From assembly GCF_018977255.1 (NCBI RefSeq), contig NW_024704742.1:9054001-9118000 (forward strand): DNA of 64,000 nt. The letters are read 5' to 3'. The notes beneath the pieces were generated by a model. The model was given only the letters and a program-made list of their open reading frames with translations. It was not told the DNA's origin and ran no database searches. Of this stretch, positions 62,258 to 64,000 are shown one piece after another (the first letter of the stretch is position 1; every line of letters starts with the position of its first letter). The stretch is from Callorhinchus milii (taxonomy: Eukaryota). A program made the position numbers and the translations under genes.

Positions 62258-64000
62258 CCCAGCTCGGCATCATGCTCTGCCACTGTCATGCGCTCTGGGA
62301 AGTTACCCTGCATGAAGGGTGCTATATAAATGCAAGTTGTTGTTGTTGTTGTTGTATTTGAACCAGAGAGCTTCCAGTCCGTACGCAGTAGCTCTATACA
62401 ATATACCAACGGGGCTGCCCTCTTAACTCCAGTCTTAATTTGGAAGACAATGTTTTACCATTCTTAAAAAGATCCAGCTTCCAAATTAAGAGTAAAAATA
62501 AGAATTTACTGCATTTCTGCGTGATCTTAACCTTTTAGACAAAAAGGGGTGATACTTTAAAACCAAATGGAGTTTGAGCTTGTGGTTTTCACGACAAGTG
62601 CCTGCAAATATCTTACTTTGAGGAACAAATTCCAAACTTGTAAATCTCTAGTTTCTCAGGGAATATTTGATTTCATTATATTGTTACTACACATACTAAT
62701 TATGCCAAGCTATTCTTATAGCACTTGGCTACAAGTGTATGTAGTGTACTTCTAGAGCAAACATTTACTCAGCGTTCAATTTTCTGTCTTGTGTCATAAG
62801 GTTACGAGTATGATCCCAACATCAGGACATAATAATATATTAATATAATAATAATCCTTGCATTTCATATAGTGCACTATACAAATGTAATTTTGTTGTT
62901 GTTGTTGTTGTTTTTACCTCATTGTGTTATTGAGACATCTCACAGCGCTTCACAGGATATATTGTAAAGTGGATTGACAGTGTATTTTGTGGGCGAAACA
63001 TTGTCATTTGTTTTATATATTATTATGTATTCTCAATTACATATTGATTGATATTGATGTATTATTATGTAGGATCATAGAATCATGCAATATCGCAGCA
63101 CAGAAGGAGGCCATCTGGCCCATCGTTTCCTTGCGGCTCTTTGGAAGAACTACCTAATATATATGGTCTGATGTGACACAGCAGTGCAGTGCTGAGCGAG
63201 TTTGATTACCAATCTCCACAGATACGCAAACCCAAAGCACAGGGCAGTTCGATTTGAAACCCATCACTGCACCTCTGAGGAATAAATTATTTCATTTTTC
63301 TGGTAAACTGGGAAGAATTGTAGATTGGATGGGGCTTTACCCCATCTTCTGGATGAAAAGGTCCTGCCTGCCTATTCAGGTGGACATTAAAGATTCCATG
63401 ACACGATTCAAAAAGAGAAAGGAGTTTGTCCTAGTTTCCTGACAAACAATCCCCCAAATCAAAAAAATGGTCCTTCACTCCATGGCTGTTTGTGGGACAT
63501 TGTTGTGGCCAAATTGGCTACCATGTTCACCCACAAAACACACAATCATTACACTTTATAATATAATAATAATCCTTGTATTTGATGTAGTGCTTTTCAT
63601 GTCTTCTGGACGTCTCAAAGCACTTCACAGAATGTACTGTAAAGTGAATTGACTGTATATTTGTTGGCGAAATATATCCTCTGAAGTGCTTTGGAACAGC
63701 CTCCTGATGTGAAAGGCATTATTCCATATGCAAGGATTATTAGTTTATTATTAATCTACCCAACGTCAGTCTAATAGAATCCATTGTCTTTGTCTATCTG
63801 TTAAATTGATCCACACATAAACCCTCTCTCATCACTTAGAGACAGGTATGTTCCTGTCATCTGCCATCTCAAAATGTATTTTTTTAACCAGGCTTTCGGT
63901 CATTTTTCCCCGTTCTCCGCCATTCCAACTCGGCTCAGTTGCCCACCCAGCTGTTTGAGACATGAAAGGCGCTCTATAAATATAAATCATATTGTATCAG

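Overview
Repeat-dense eukaryotic (vertebrate) non-coding DNA, probably intronic or intergenic. The repeats point to a cartilaginous fish (inference): SacSINE1/DeuSINE-like SINEs, L2 and CR1 LINE 3' ends, and shark-type Penelope palindromes. I cannot support any intact protein-coding gene, real tRNA gene, rRNA or CRISPR array. Many ORF-track entries are translations of SINE/LINE relics. Contents: (1) about 30 full or partial copies of a tRNA(Ala)-headed SINE ('SINE-A'), including a younger subfamily with an internal deletion; (2) older DeuSINE-like copies ('SINE-B'); (3) two L2 subfamilies and CR1 fragments, one L2 relic keeping the YADD RT motif; (4) three clear Penelope-type repeats and one degenerate one carrying a minimal hammerhead ribozyme motif, with stem-II covariation between copies; (5) seven copies of an unclassified ~370-bp hairpin-rich repeat ('family C') with a tRNA-like head and an A-rich tail; (6) local inverted and direct duplications, a candidate solo LTR, a foldback element, a 31-bp minisatellite and a few weak exon candidates. 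Repeat boundaries were read by eye and are approximate (about +/-10-20 bp).
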